From assembly GCA_049840735.1 (NCBI GenBank), contig JASGJN010000012.1, positions 46,274 to 110,273 on the forward strand: DNA of 64,000 bases, in the 5' to 3' direction. The notes beneath the pieces were generated by a model. It was not told the origin of the DNA and did not search any database. It was given only the letters and a program-made list of their open reading frames with translations. Below are positions 42,308 through 53,494 of the stretch, piece after piece. Origin of the DNA: Anaeromyxobacter sp. (GTDB taxonomy: Bacteria > Myxococcota > Myxococcia > Myxococcales > Anaeromyxobacteraceae). The position numbers were made by a program, and so were the translations under genes. Position 1 is the first letter of the stretch; each line of letters begins with the position of its first letter.

Positions 42308-45300
42308 CTAGGTTCTCGGCCGCGGGAAGCAGCGGGTCACGTACCCGCACCCCTCCTCGCGGCAGCGCTCCTCGCTGCGGCCCAGCGCGGCGGGGGGCAC
42401 GTCCTCCCCGGACAGCGTGTGGCGGGCGAGCCTGGGGGCCAGGGCCTCGAAGCGGACCAGCTCGCCCTCGGCGGGCGTGACGTCCACGGCGCGGTGATCG
42501 CCGCGCAGGAACTGGAGCCGGGCGCGGATCTTCCGGCCCGGGTGGGCGCGGGCCGCGGCCAGCGCGTAGGCGAGCAGCTGCAGGCGGTAGCGCTCGGCGG
42601 CGCCGGCGCGCGGGGTGGCGTACTTGTAGTCCACCACCACCAGCTCGCCGCGCCGCTCCCGGACCAGCGCGTCGATGGCGCCGGACACGTACACGACGGG
42701 TGAACCGTCCCCCTCCAGCCGGAGCAGGAACGGCACCTCGCGCGCGAGGCTGCCGTCGCGGGCGGCCGAGGCCAGGATGCGCCCGGCGGGGGACTCCAGG
42801 AAGCGGACCACCTCGGCGGCGATGCGGCGCACGCCGGGGCTGCCGGGATCGTAGCCGCGCCGGGCGGCCGCCGCGGCCAGCTGGGCGCGCCGCTCCAGCG
42901 GCGGCGCGGCCAGATCGGTCTCGGCCAGCATGGCGTGGGCCAGGGTGCCGCGGGCGGTGGCGCGGGCCGGGTCGTCGGCGGGCGGCGCGCCGGGGAGGCC
43001 GCGCGGCTCGGGCAGCCCGAGCACCCGGCCCAGCAGGTGGCGGCGCGGGCAGCGCGCCAGCTCCGCCAGCTCGGTCACCGCCAGCCGCACCGCGGCCGCG
43101 GGCGGCGGAGCGGCCAGCCGCGGCGGCGCCGGCGGGGCTGCCGCTGCGAGCGGCTGGGCGGGCTCGGGCCGGAGGGCCGGGCCGCAGGCGAAGGTGGCGG
43201 CCTCGGCCAGGGGCACGGGCACGGCCAGGTCCGGGCGGGCGGCCAGCGCCGCGTCCACCTGCTCGCGCCAGGTGTCGGCGCTGCGGCCCCGCTCGCCGGA
43301 GAGGATGAGGTGGTCGCGCGCGCGGGTGAGCGCCACGTACAGCAGCCGGCGGGACTCGGCGGAGGCGGCGCGCCGGTCGGCCTCGCGAGCGGCGCGCGTG
43401 GCGGCGGTGTCGAGGAACTGCTCGCGCGCCGGGTCCCAGTGCTGCACGGCCAGCGCGCCCGCCGCGTCCAGCAGCGCCCGCCGGTGGTCGGCGGGGGTGC
43501 GGGCGCCCAGGTCGGGGACCAGCACCACCGGCCACTCCAGCCCCTTGGCCTGGTGGATGGAGAGCAGCGCGACCGCGTCGCCGGCCTCCAGCTCGGCCTC
43601 GGGCTCGCGCGGCGGGCGGGCCGCCTGGGCGCGCAGGTGCGCGGCCAGCTCGGCCACGGTGCCGCCGGCGGACGCGAAGCGCGACGCCAGCCCCAGCGCC
43701 TTCTCGAGGTTCTGCGCCCGCCGCTCGCCATCCGGCCCCGCCAGCAGCGCCGCGTCGAGATCCAGCAGCTCCACGGCGCGCGCGAGCAGCTCGTCCACCG
43801 GCACCCGGTCGCGCAGCTCCCGCAGCGCGCGCCAGGCCCCGAGCAGCCGCCCGAGCCGCGCCGCCTCGTCCGGCGCCAGCGCGCCCGGCCCGCCCGCCTC
43901 CGCCACCGCAGCCGCGAGCGCCTCGGGCGCCAGCCGGCCCAGCCGCGGCAGCCCCACCGCGGCCAGGACCACCAGGGCGCCGTCGGACACCGCGCAGAGC
44001 GGCGAGCGGAGCAGCGCCGCCCAGGCCACCAGGTCGCCTGGATCGGCCAGGCTGGCCAGCAGCTCGCCGAGATCGCGGACCTCACCGGCCTGGTAGAAGC
44101 CGCCGCCGCGGGCCAGGCGGTACGGGATGCCGGCCTCGCGCAGCGCCCGCTCGTAGGGGCCGAGCTGCGTCAGGCGGCGGAAGAGGATGGCCACGTCGCG
44201 CGGGCGCGGGCAGCGCATGCGATCCGGCCCGCCGTCCGGATCGCGCTCCCGGACCGCCACCCCCGCGGCGCCGGAGAGCAGCGCGCCGATGCGGGCGGCC
44301 AGCGCCGCCCCCTCCCGCAGCCGCCGCTCGGAGGCCTTGCCCTCGCCCTCGTCCACCAGCAGCTCCACCGCCGGGCGTGCCCCCTCGGCGCGGGTGGCCA
44401 GCAGCCGGTCCTCCGGCGAGAAGGTGAGCTCGTCGGGGCGCGGCGGCAGGCCGGCCGGCGGCTGCAGCGCGCGCGCCGAGACCTCGTTGACCAGGTCCAG
44501 CACCGCGGGCGAGGAGCGGTGGTTGTCGGCGAGGTGCAGCACGCGCCCGCCGCCGGCGTCGAAGCCGCCGATGAGGCGGGCGAAGACCGACACGTCGGCG
44601 CCGCGGAAGCGGTAGATGGACTGCTTGAGATTGCCCACCGCCACCAGCACCGGGCCGGCGCCGCCGGCCTCCGCCGGGCAGAGCAGCCCGAAGAGCGACT
44701 GCTGCACCGGGTTCACGTCCTGGTACTCGTCCACCAGCAGCGCCCGGAGGCGCCCGCGCAGCTCGGCGCGCAGCGGCGCGTCGGCCAGGAGCAGGTCGCG
44801 GGCGCGCACGAGCAGGTCGTCGAAGTCGACGGCACGCGCCGCCTGCTTGCGGGCGGCGTAGCGGGCCGCCGCCTCCTCCAGCAGCCCGCCCAGCTCGGCG
44901 CGGAGCGGCGCCGCCAGGACCTCGGCCGCCAGCGGCTCCAGGGCCTCGCCGGCGGCGCGGAGCGCGGCCTGGGCCGCCTTGAGCTCGGGGCCGTCTGCGG
45001 CGCGGAGCCGCCCGCGGGCGGCCGAGGCCAGCGCGGTGAGCCGGTGCAGGGCGTCGGCGGAGAGCGGCCCCTCGCGATCGCCGGGCGCGAGCGCGTCGCG
45101 CCGGCGGGCCACCGCCTCGACCAGCGCCGCCCCGGCGCCGGAGGCCCTGGGCCCGCCCGCGAGCAGCGCGTCGGCGGCGGCCAGCAGCTCGCGGCGGGCG
45201 GCCAGCGCCGCGGCCAGGTCGGCCTCGACCAGCGGCACCGGCCCGACGTCGCCGCGGGTGGCCCGCGCGCGGAGCAGGCCGGCCAGGACCACCGGGAGCG

Positions 45301-45826
45301 CGCCCCGCCCCGCCCCCGCCCCCAGCGCCGTCGCCAGCGCGCGCGCCGCCGGCCGCCGCGCGTCCAGCGCCGCCACCACGGCCTCGCGGCAAGCGGCCAG
45401 CAGCCAGGCGCTGGTCCGCTCCTCGTCGGCGACCTCGAACTCCGGATCGAGCCCGGCCTCCGCCGCGTGCTCGCGCAGCAGCCGCCCGCAGAAGCCGTGG
45501 ATGGTCCCCACCGCCATGCGGTCCAGCGCGTGCAACCGGGCCAGCCAGTCGCGGCGGTCGTCGGCGCCGGCCGCCTCCCGGGCGCGCCCGGCCACGGCCG
45601 CGCGGAGCCGCTCGGTGAGCTCGGCGGCGGCCTTCTCGGTGAAGGTGATGGCGGCCAGCTCGGCCGGCGCGCAGGGCTCGCCCAGCGCCCGCCCCTCCAG
45701 CAGCCGAAGGCAGAGCTCCACCAGCGCGGTGGTCTTCCCGGCGCCGGCGCCGGCGCTGACGGCGGTGGGCGCCTCCAGCCGGAAGAGCGCCTCCGCCACC
45801 GGCCCGAAGACGAGGGGGCGGCTCAC
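42308..45826 (-). CDS. addA: UvrD-type helicase/nuclease, AddA-like
   Basis: AGAGAGKT, ITFTEKAA, TIHGFC, VDEYQD, KQSIYRFRGA, SIHQAKGLE, LYVALTRAR, C-terminal GAID..VDYK. Confidence 0.88.
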   Translation of the reverse strand: MSRPLVFGPVAEALFRLEAPTAVSAGAGAGKTTALVELCLRLLEGRALGEPCAPAELAAITFTEKAAAELTERLRAAVAGRAREAAGADDRRDWLARLHALDRMAVGTIHGFCGRLLREHAAEAGLDPEFEVADEERTSAWLLAACREAVVAALDARRPAARALATALGAGAGRGALPVVLAGLLRARATRGDVGPVPLVEADLAAALAARRELLAAADALLAGGPRASGAGAALVEAVARRRDALAPGDREGPLSADALHRLTALASAARGRLRAADGPELKAAQAALRAAGEALEPLAAEVLAAPLRAELGGLLEEAAARYAARKQAARAVDFDDLLVRARDLLLADAPLRAELRGRLRALLVDEYQDVNPVQQSLFGLLCPAEAGGAGPVLVAVGNLKQSIYRFRGADVSVFARLIGGFDAGGGRVLHLADNHRSSPAVLDLVNEVSARALQPPAGLPPRPDELTFSPEDRLLATRAEGARPAVELLVDEGEGKASERRLREGAALAARIGALLSGAAGVAVRERDPDGGPDRMRCPRPRDVAILFRRLTQLGPYERALREAGIPYRLARGGGFYQAGEVRDLGELLASLADPGDLVAWAALLRSPLCAVSDGALVVLAAVGLPRLGRLAPEALAAAVAEAGGPGALAPDEAARLGRLLGAWRALRELRDRVPVDELLARAVELLDLDAALLAGPDGERRAQNLEKALGLASRFASAGGTVAELAAHLRAQAARPPREPEAELEAGDAVALLSIHQAKGLEWPVVLVPDLGARTPADHRRALLDAAGALAVQHWDPAREQFLDTAATRAAREADRRAASAESRRLLYVALTRARDHLILSGERGRSADTWREQVDAALAARPDLAVPVPLAEAATFACGPALRPEPAQPLAAAAPPAPPRLAAPPPAAAVRLAVTELAELARCPRRHLLGRVLGLPEPRGLPGAPPADDPARATARGTLAHAMLAETDLAAPPLERRAQLAAAAARRGYDPGSPGVRRIAAEVVRFLESPAGRILASAARDGSLAREVPFLLRLEGDGSPVVYVSGAIDALVRERRGELVVVDYKYATPRAGAAERYRLQLLAYALAAARAHPGRKIRARLQFLRGDHRAVDVTPAEGELVRFEALAPRLARHTLSGEDVPPAALGRSEERCREEGCGYVTRCFPRPRT

Positions 45827-48800
45827 GCGGACTCCTCGGCGGCCCGCGCCGCGACGCCCTCGAAGCGGCAGACCGCGCCGTAGGGGCAGTGGCCGCAGCC
45901 CTGCGAGACGATGGGGAAGCGGCCGTCGCGCATGGCGCGGACCTGCGCCACCACCGCCGAGGCGAAGCGGCCCGGCGCCTCGGCGTCGGCCTCGACCGCC
46001 GCGCCTGCGCCGGGCGCCGCCGCCAGCTCCAGCGCCGGCGCCTCTGACGGGAACACCACCGGATCGAGCCGCTCGGCCTTGCGCAGCAGGGCGTAGCTCG
46101 CCTCCAGCCATGCGCGACCCGGCAGCGCGGCGCGCGCCGCCAGGAGGTAGACCGGGACCTGGAAGGAGGAGCGGCCGAAGGCCTCCGGGTCGAGCTGGTC
46201 CGCCAGGTCCGGACCGCCGCGGCCGGTCTTGTAGTCGAGCACGCGGAGCCGCTCGGGCGAGGCGTCGACGCGGTCGATGCGCCCCCGCAGCTGCACCTGC
46301 TCGCCGTCGGCCGCGAGCGTCACCGGGGGCGCCTCGCCGGGGCCGCCGAAGGCGTGCTCGAGCAGCGCCGGGGTGAGGCCGTCGTGGTCCCGGGCCTCGC
46401 CCAGCACGATCCGATCGAGCCGCTGCAGGAGCAGCTCGCGCCGTCCGGCCCAGGCGGCCGGATCCCCGGTGCGCCCCTCGCGCTCGAAGCGGTCGAGGAT
46501 CCCGCCGGCCAGCGCGCGCGCCTCGGCGAGGTCCTCGGGCGAGCCGGCCAGGGGCCAGGCCCCGCGGTCGAGGCGCGCCCGGACCAGCCGCTCCATGACG
46601 GCGTGCAGCAGCGTGCCCTCGTCACGAACGTCGATGTCGAGGTCGGCGGCGGCGTCGTCCGGCAGCCGCGCGCCGAGGCGGAGCAGGGCGCGGAACGGGC
46701 AGCGCGCGTAGGCCTCCAGCTGGCTGGGGGTCCAGGCGGCCGGGAGCCTGCCGGCGAGCAGCGCCCCGCCCGCGCCGCCGACGGCGCCGGCGAAGGGGTG
46801 AGGCTGGCCGGCCAGGACGGCCGTCCGCCGCTCCGCCTCGACCGCGCCCACCTCGCGGGCCTGCCGCGCGCGATGGGCCAGCGGCGTGGCCGAGAGCGCG
46901 GCCTCGGCCGACGCGCCCGCGCGCGCGGCGGCCCGGAGCGCGGCCCGGGGCGTGCGCGCCTCGGGGAGCGCCGGCTCCGGGAGCGGCCCCGAGGGTGGGA
47001 GGATGCCCGCTGCGGCCAGCGCCTCGAGCAGCAGCGGCGCCGGGGGTCCGCCGTCACCGGCCGGCCCTGGGCCGGGCCAGAGGAGCGCCAGGCGCTCGCG
47101 CCCCGCGGCCAGCGCGCAGAAGGCGCGGTGCTGCGCCTCGGCGCGGCGCGCCGCGGCGGTGGGGAGGGCCTGCCGGCGGAGGAGGCGATCGAGCGCGTGG
47201 CGCTCGGGCTCGCGCAGCAGCGGCTCGGGGGACGGCGCAGGCGGGAAGGCGCCGTCGGCGCAGCCCAGGAGCACTGCGGCCCGGGCGGTCGCTCCGGGCG
47301 CCTCGTCCAGCCCGAGCAGCGCCACCGCGCCGGCCACCGGCTCGGGAGGCGGCGGGAGGGAGGCGCCCTGGGCCACCAGCGCGAGCAGCGCGCGGAAGCG
47401 CCCGGCGGGGAGCGGCGTGGCGCCGTGTCCGGAGAGGGCCAGGGCCCGGACGACCTCCTCCGCCGCCTCCTCGATGCGGGCCAGCGCCGCCAGGTCGCGG
47501 CCCGCCACCTCGCGCGGCCCGCGCGCGGCGCGGCGGCGGACGCCGGTGGTCTCGAGGAAGGCGGCCAGGCGGGCCGCGTGCTCTCGCGGCGCGCCCGGGC
47601 GGGCCAGCGGGGCCAGGGCCGCGGAGAGGCCGTCCAGCGCGGTGGCCGCCTGGAGGAGGGCCGCGCGCTCGCGCCCGGCGGCGTCGGAGAGCGAGGCGGC
47701 GCGGAGGCGCAGGCGATCGGTGGGCGCGCCGCGGGCGTCGAGGGCGCCGGCGCGATCGAGCAGCCGCTCCAGGCCGGGCAGGTCCGGGCCCAGCCAGCCG
47801 GAGCGGGCCAGGCGAAGCGCCGAGGTGCGGGTCAGCGCGCCGGCGGCGGCGTGGGCCTCGAGCACCAGGCGGGCCACCGGGACGTCGAGGAGCGCCGGGC
47901 CGCGGCCGGTCGCGAGCGGCACGCCGCGTGCGGCGAAGGCTCGGCGCAGACGGGCCGCCGCCTGGCGCGGAGCGGGGGAGAGGAGGAGGAGGTCGTCGGG
48001 TGGGAGGCCCTCCTCGATCCAGCGGGCGCAGAGGGCCGCCGCCGCGTCGGCCTCGCCCGCTTCGCCGGCCCCCTGCAGCGCCAGCACCTCGCCCGGCGCG
48101 TCGGCCGGGGCCCCGGCGCCAGGGCCGCCGGCCAGGGCCGAGAGGAGGGCCGCCGTGCGCGGCGTGCGGGCGTCGTCGTCGAGGGTGGGGAGGACCAGCT
48201 GGACGTCGCGACGGGAAGCCAGCTCGTGCAGCGCCTCGAGGCGGCGCAGGAGCGGCTCGGCCGGCGTCGAGAGGTCGGGGCGGTCCGGGAAGAATGAAAG
48301 GTGGACGCGGGTGCGGGCGGCGCGGGAGGCCAGGGAGAGGAAGAGGTCCCAGCCGGCCGGGGAGAGGGTGGTGACGCCGTCGACCACGAGCAGGTCGAGG
48401 CCGTCCAGCTCGGGTGAGGTGACGCCGCGCCGGGCCGCGTCGGCGGCGGCGCGGAGCGCGCCCGGGCGGTCGAGCACGGTGAGGTCGTGGAGCCGGGACT
48501 CGAAGGCGTCGAGCGCGTCGGCGAGGACCGAGAGGCGGCGGGCGGCCGCGCCGGTGAGGGTGAGGGCCGCCGCGCGGGCGTCGTCCGGACGGACCTCGGC
48601 CTCGCGCAGCTCGGCGAGGGCCGAGGCCAGGGCCGCCGCCAGGCCGTCGTCCGGCGCCAGGCCCGAGAGCGGGGGGCCCGCCGCCGCCCCCGCCTCGATG
48701 GCCACGAGCCGTTCTGCCAGCGGCGTCAGCACCGCCCGGCGCTCGGCCGCAGCTGCGAGGATGCCCGGGACCAGGCGGTCGAGCGTGGTGACCGCCGGCC

Positions 48801-48888
48801 CGAACAGCACCCCGCCCTGCGCGTCGCAGAGGCGGCGCGCCGCCCGCGCCGCCGCGAGCGGTGTGGAGACCACGCAGAGAGCCGGCAC
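45823..48888 (-). CDS. addB: PD-(D/E)XK nuclease with inactive helicase-like N-terminus, AddB-like
   Basis: SQLEAYARCPF, GRIDRVD, LDYKTG, CGHCPYGAVC; coupled to the addA-like gene. Confidence 0.82.
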   Translation of the reverse strand: MPALCVVSTPLAAARAARRLCDAQGGVLFGPAVTTLDRLVPGILAAAAERRAVLTPLAERLVAIEAGAAAGPPLSGLAPDDGLAAALASALAELREAEVRPDDARAAALTLTGAAARRLSVLADALDAFESRLHDLTVLDRPGALRAAADAARRGVTSPELDGLDLLVVDGVTTLSPAGWDLFLSLASRAARTRVHLSFFPDRPDLSTPAEPLLRRLEALHELASRRDVQLVLPTLDDDARTPRTAALLSALAGGPGAGAPADAPGEVLALQGAGEAGEADAAAALCARWIEEGLPPDDLLLLSPAPRQAAARLRRAFAARGVPLATGRGPALLDVPVARLVLEAHAAAGALTRTSALRLARSGWLGPDLPGLERLLDRAGALDARGAPTDRLRLRAASLSDAAGRERAALLQAATALDGLSAALAPLARPGAPREHAARLAAFLETTGVRRRAARGPREVAGRDLAALARIEEAAEEVVRALALSGHGATPLPAGRFRALLALVAQGASLPPPPEPVAGAVALLGLDEAPGATARAAVLLGCADGAFPPAPSPEPLLREPERHALDRLLRRQALPTAAARRAEAQHRAFCALAAGRERLALLWPGPGPAGDGGPPAPLLLEALAAAGILPPSGPLPEPALPEARTPRAALRAAARAGASAEAALSATPLAHRARQAREVGAVEAERRTAVLAGQPHPFAGAVGGAGGALLAGRLPAAWTPSQLEAYARCPFRALLRLGARLPDDAAADLDIDVRDEGTLLHAVMERLVRARLDRGAWPLAGSPEDLAEARALAGGILDRFEREGRTGDPAAWAGRRELLLQRLDRIVLGEARDHDGLTPALLEHAFGGPGEAPPVTLAADGEQVQLRGRIDRVDASPERLRVLDYKTGRGGPDLADQLDPEAFGRSSFQVPVYLLAARAALPGRAWLEASYALLRKAERLDPVVFPSEAPALELAAAPGAGAAVEADAEAPGRFASAVVAQVRAMRDGRFPIVSQGCGHCPYGAVCRFEGVAARAAEESA

Positions 48889-49155
48889 CCAGCAAGCCTA
48901 CAGGGTTGGGCTGACAGTCCCGGAGACCACCCTTTTGAAACCGCAGCGCTTTTCCGGAGAGCGGGTGCGTCCAGGGAGTGTGCGGGCGCTGCGACGGGGG
49001 CGTGGACGACGGATGGGAGCTGGTTTCGGAGCCGGCGCCCAGCGTGCGGCGGCCGTCCAGGCGCCCGATCGCCTTTCCTCGGGTGCGCGGGCACACCTCT
49101 CCCGTGCTCCGCCGCGAGCGCGGCGCGAGCCGGACGGCCCGGGAGCGCAGTGCGC

Positions 49156-49848
49156 TCAGCTCGGCGGGTTCTTCCGCTTCAGCGCCGCCCGGCGGCGCTT
49201 CGCCCACGCGTCCGTGCCGATGTACGTCGCCCGCACCAGGTCCTCGCGCCGCTCCTCGGCCTGCGCCTCCCGCCGCCGCTTCGCCTTCCCCTCCATGTCG
49301 GCGCACAGCGCCTGGTACTTCTTCCGCCGCGTCGCGTCCGTCTTCCCCAGCGCCAGGTACTCCGGCAGGTCGTCGATGAGCGGGTGCCGCTCGCCGTACG
49401 CGTAGTGCCGGTGGCTCGAGTACGCGTAGTCCTTGGCGCACCTCACCATGCCCGCCATCACCGGGTTGCGGTCCCCGTAGCCCGACACGAGCAGCGGCGC
49501 CTCGCCCCCCGTCTCCACCTGCCCGGAGTAGAGCCGCTCCATGACCACCTGCCCGCAGCGCTCCGTCTGCTCGTTGTACCAGCGCGCGAACACGCTGTTC
49601 ACGTCGCGCCAGAAGCCGCTGAACGCCGCCTGGCCGCGCGTGGCCTTGAGCTGCACGTGAACGTGCGTGGTCATGATGCAGAAGGAGTGGATGAGGATGC
49701 CGTACTTGCCCTTGTACTTGGCCAGCAGCGACAGGTAGAGCTCCGGCGCCCCCGCCAGCTCGAAGATCCGCGAGTGGTTATGGGCCTGCCAGGTGCAGTG
49801 ATGCACCGTGCCCTCGCCCACCAGCCATCTTCTCGCGGTCCGCCCCAC
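49156..49848 (-). mobile_element. Y1 HUH transposase (REP-associated tyrosine transposase / IS200-like)
   Basis: HSFCIMTTHVH (HUH), FARWYN..G, YGDRNPVMAG (catalytic Y..NP), YAYSS. Confidence 0.85.
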
Positions 49849-50123
49849 GGCCAGGCGCAGAGGCAAGCCGCGTGCCGCCCGTGACCCACCGTGAATACGC
49901 GCCCCTTCGCAGCGCGCACCCTTCCCCCATGGTCCGCCGTTCGTCCGCACCGTCCGCGCCGCGGACGGCCCAGATGGTGGTCTCCGGGACCTCCCGACGA
50001 AGCCGCAGGCGGACCGCGACTTCGAGGCGCTCCTCCCCGCGCTCGACGTGGACCGCCGCGGAGGCGGCGGAGGCGAAGGCGGCGCGGCTCAGCTGCGCCT
50101 CGACCGGCGTGCCGCCGGAGTAG

Positions 50124-50410
50124 GTCGATGCCCGGCGCGGACTGGCCCAGCTCGACCCTGTCTTCCCGCGCCTGGACTGGAACGGCAAGGCCACCTCCTC
50201 CCTGCCCCACCTCTCACCGCTCTTCGGCGCCTCCTACGCCTACCACCGCGTGGGCCAGCACACGGCGTTCGGCGGGCACGGGAAGGCCCGGCAGGGCGGC
50301 GTGCTCTTCCGCGGCGAGCACACCTCCACCGACTTCCAGGGCTTCATGGAGGGCGGCGCCTCGGCGGGCGACCGCGCCGCGCGTGAGCTGCTGGCGCTGC
50401 TGCGCAAGCG
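50124..50410 (+). pseudogene. C-terminal remnant of a flavin monoamine oxidase family gene
   Basis: WNGKAT, GASYAY..VGQHT, GEHTSTDFQGFMEGG; in-frame TAG at 50121-50123 and no N-terminal FAD-binding region. Confidence 0.65.
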
Positions 50411-50481
50411 GGCCGCCCGGCCCGCTCGCGGCCGCGGCGCTCCCGGGCCGACCATCACCCGGCGTGAATCGGGCCCGGCGC

Positions 50482-50874
50482 CTACTCCTCGCGGTAGACC
50501 GCGAGCGAGCCCTCGTTCTCCCACACCTCCACCTTGGCCACCGACACCCGGCCGCCCTCCTGCTCGGCCAGGCGCTTGCCCATCTCCACATAGAAGAAGC
50601 GGGCGATCAGCTCGGCGGTGGTGTTGGTCTGGTCGAAGGGCGGGATCTCGTTCACGTTCTGGTGGTCGAACCGGGACCCGATCTCCGCCACCCCGCGCTG
50701 CAGGTCGGCGAAGTCCACCACCATGCCGATCCGGTTGAGCTGCGAGGCGCGCACGTGGACCCGCACGCGCCAGTTGTGGCCGTGCAGGCGCTCGCACTTT
50801 CCGCCGTGGAAGCGGATCTGGTGCGCGGCGCTGAACATGAAGTCCTTGGAGATCTCGAAGACGGGGGTGCCCAT
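50482..50874 (-). CDS. queD: 6-carboxytetrahydropterin synthase
   Basis: FSAAH, CERLHGHNW, GMVVDF, DHQNVN, TTAE, VWE. Confidence 0.93.
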   Translation of the reverse strand: MGTPVFEISKDFMFSAAHQIRFHGGKCERLHGHNWRVRVHVRASQLNRIGMVVDFADLQRGVAEIGSRFDHQNVNEIPPFDQTNTTAELIARFFYVEMGKRLAEQEGGRVSVAKVEVWENEGSLAVYREE

Positions 50875-50946
50875 TTGCGCGCGGCAATATACCCGCCCGC
50901 GCCTCCCCGTGCACACCCAGGACACGGGGCAAGCCCCCCGACCCGG

Positions 50947-51580
<634 letters not shown>

Positions 51581-51624
51581 CCGTAGTAGTCTCGACGCGA
51601 CCATCCTGAGCGAGGAGCACCTGC

Positions 51625-52431
51625 GTGTCGAGCGACCTGGAGAGCTTCCTCTCCTTCCTGGAGGACCAGAAGGCCCGGCAGGCGCCGCGCTTTCCCGACG
51701 TGGCCTTCGACAAGGTGCTCTCGTTCATGGGCACCACCAGCCTGGCCGGCACCCACGCCGCGGTGTCGGTCAACCGCGTGCGCCGCATCGAGCCCGGCCC
51801 CACCGGGCGCGAGCTGCGCATCACGCTGGCCGGCCCGCTGGCGCGCACACCGAGGCGCGGCGAGTGCCTCACCGTGCACCTCACCCGGCCCGAGCAGTAC
51901 CAGGGCTTCCAGGTGAAGACCCGCTCGCTCGCGGTGGGGGTGGGCGAGGCCGAGCTGGTGGAGGATGGGCCAGACGGACTGGTGGTGAAGGGGTCCAGCA
52001 TCTACACCGTCCACCAGGGCCCCTACACGCTCAAGTTCTTCGAGAACGTGCCCTTCGAGGAGGTCCAGGCCATCGTGGGCGACGTGCCCTGCGCGCTGGT
52101 CGGCGCCGGCGAGACGGCCAACATCTCCCCGCGCTTCGTCTTCCACCACGAGGTCCGCGACGGGAAGGTCAGCCTCTTCCATGGCGACGGCCTGGCGCTC
52201 AAGACCTACATGAACCTGAAGTCCAACCCGCAGGAGACGCGGGTGGTGGTGGACCTCGAGTCCTACGAGGGCTTCGCGCTGGAGGGCGCGGTGGAGGAGT
52301 TCGCGCCCCACCAGCACCCGGTGGCCTACGACCGGATTTGCCGCGGCTTCGGCGCCGGCAGCTGGGGGAAGCCGTCGCGGGTCTTCCGCTTCACCGCCGA
52401 GCGCCTCCGCCGCCTCGCGCCGGTCGGCTAG
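51625..52431 (+). CDS. Hypothetical protein with pyridoxamine 5'-phosphate oxidase-like (split-barrel) region
   Basis: Clean 268-aa ORF; ANISPRF, KTYMNLKSNP, GFALEG. Confidence 0.6.
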   Translation: MSSDLESFLSFLEDQKARQAPRFPDVAFDKVLSFMGTTSLAGTHAAVSVNRVRRIEPGPTGRELRITLAGPLARTPRRGECLTVHLTRPEQYQGFQVKTRSLAVGVGEAELVEDGPDGLVVKGSSIYTVHQGPYTLKFFENVPFEEVQAIVGDVPCALVGAGETANISPRFVFHHEVRDGKVSLFHGDGLALKTYMNLKSNPQETRVVVDLESYEGFALEGAVEEFAPHQHPVAYDRICRGFGAGSWGKPSRVFRFTAERLRRLAPVG

Positions 52432-52458
52432 CCTCCGTCCGCCGGCCGGCCAGCGGCC

Positions 52459-53232
<774 letters not shown>

Positions 53233-53236
53233 GGCC

Positions 53237-53437
53237 CTACCCTCCGCCCACGAACGCGACGATCTCGACCGCGTCGCCCGGCCCGATGCGGTGCTGCTCG
53301 TACCGGTCCTTGGTGACGACCGTCTCGTTCACCTCGACCGCCACCCGCGGGGCCTTGATGCCGAGGTGCACGAGCAGCCCAGCGACGGTGGTCCCGTCGG
53401 GAATCTCCCGCAGCTCTCCGTTGAGCCTCACCTGCAT
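53237..53437 (-). CDS. thiS: Sulfur carrier protein
   Basis: LNGE, VAVEVN, C-terminal FVGGG. Confidence 0.95.
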   Translation of the reverse strand: MQVRLNGELREIPDGTTVAGLLVHLGIKAPRVAVEVNETVVTKDRYEQHRIGPGDAVEIVAFVGGG

Positions 53438-53494
53438 GGCGGGGATTCAGCCCTGGCGCGCCCGCCGCGTCAAACGCGGTGTTAGGCTGCCGGC

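Noticed and set aside
40841..42311. Repeat protein encoded by the 234-bp (78-codon) array
   Set aside because: Unit 2 is 235 bp, the frames hit stops, and the core occurs elsewhere as an intergenic hairpin element.
42700..49441. Long antisense and alternate-frame ORFs (e.g. 42935..45883, 46886..49405)
   Set aside because: Shadow ORFs caused by stop-codon scarcity at very high GC; no motifs.
53438..53494. TPP riboswitch upstream of thiS-thiG
   Set aside because: The intergenic space is only ~57 bp and lacks the CTGAGA core.
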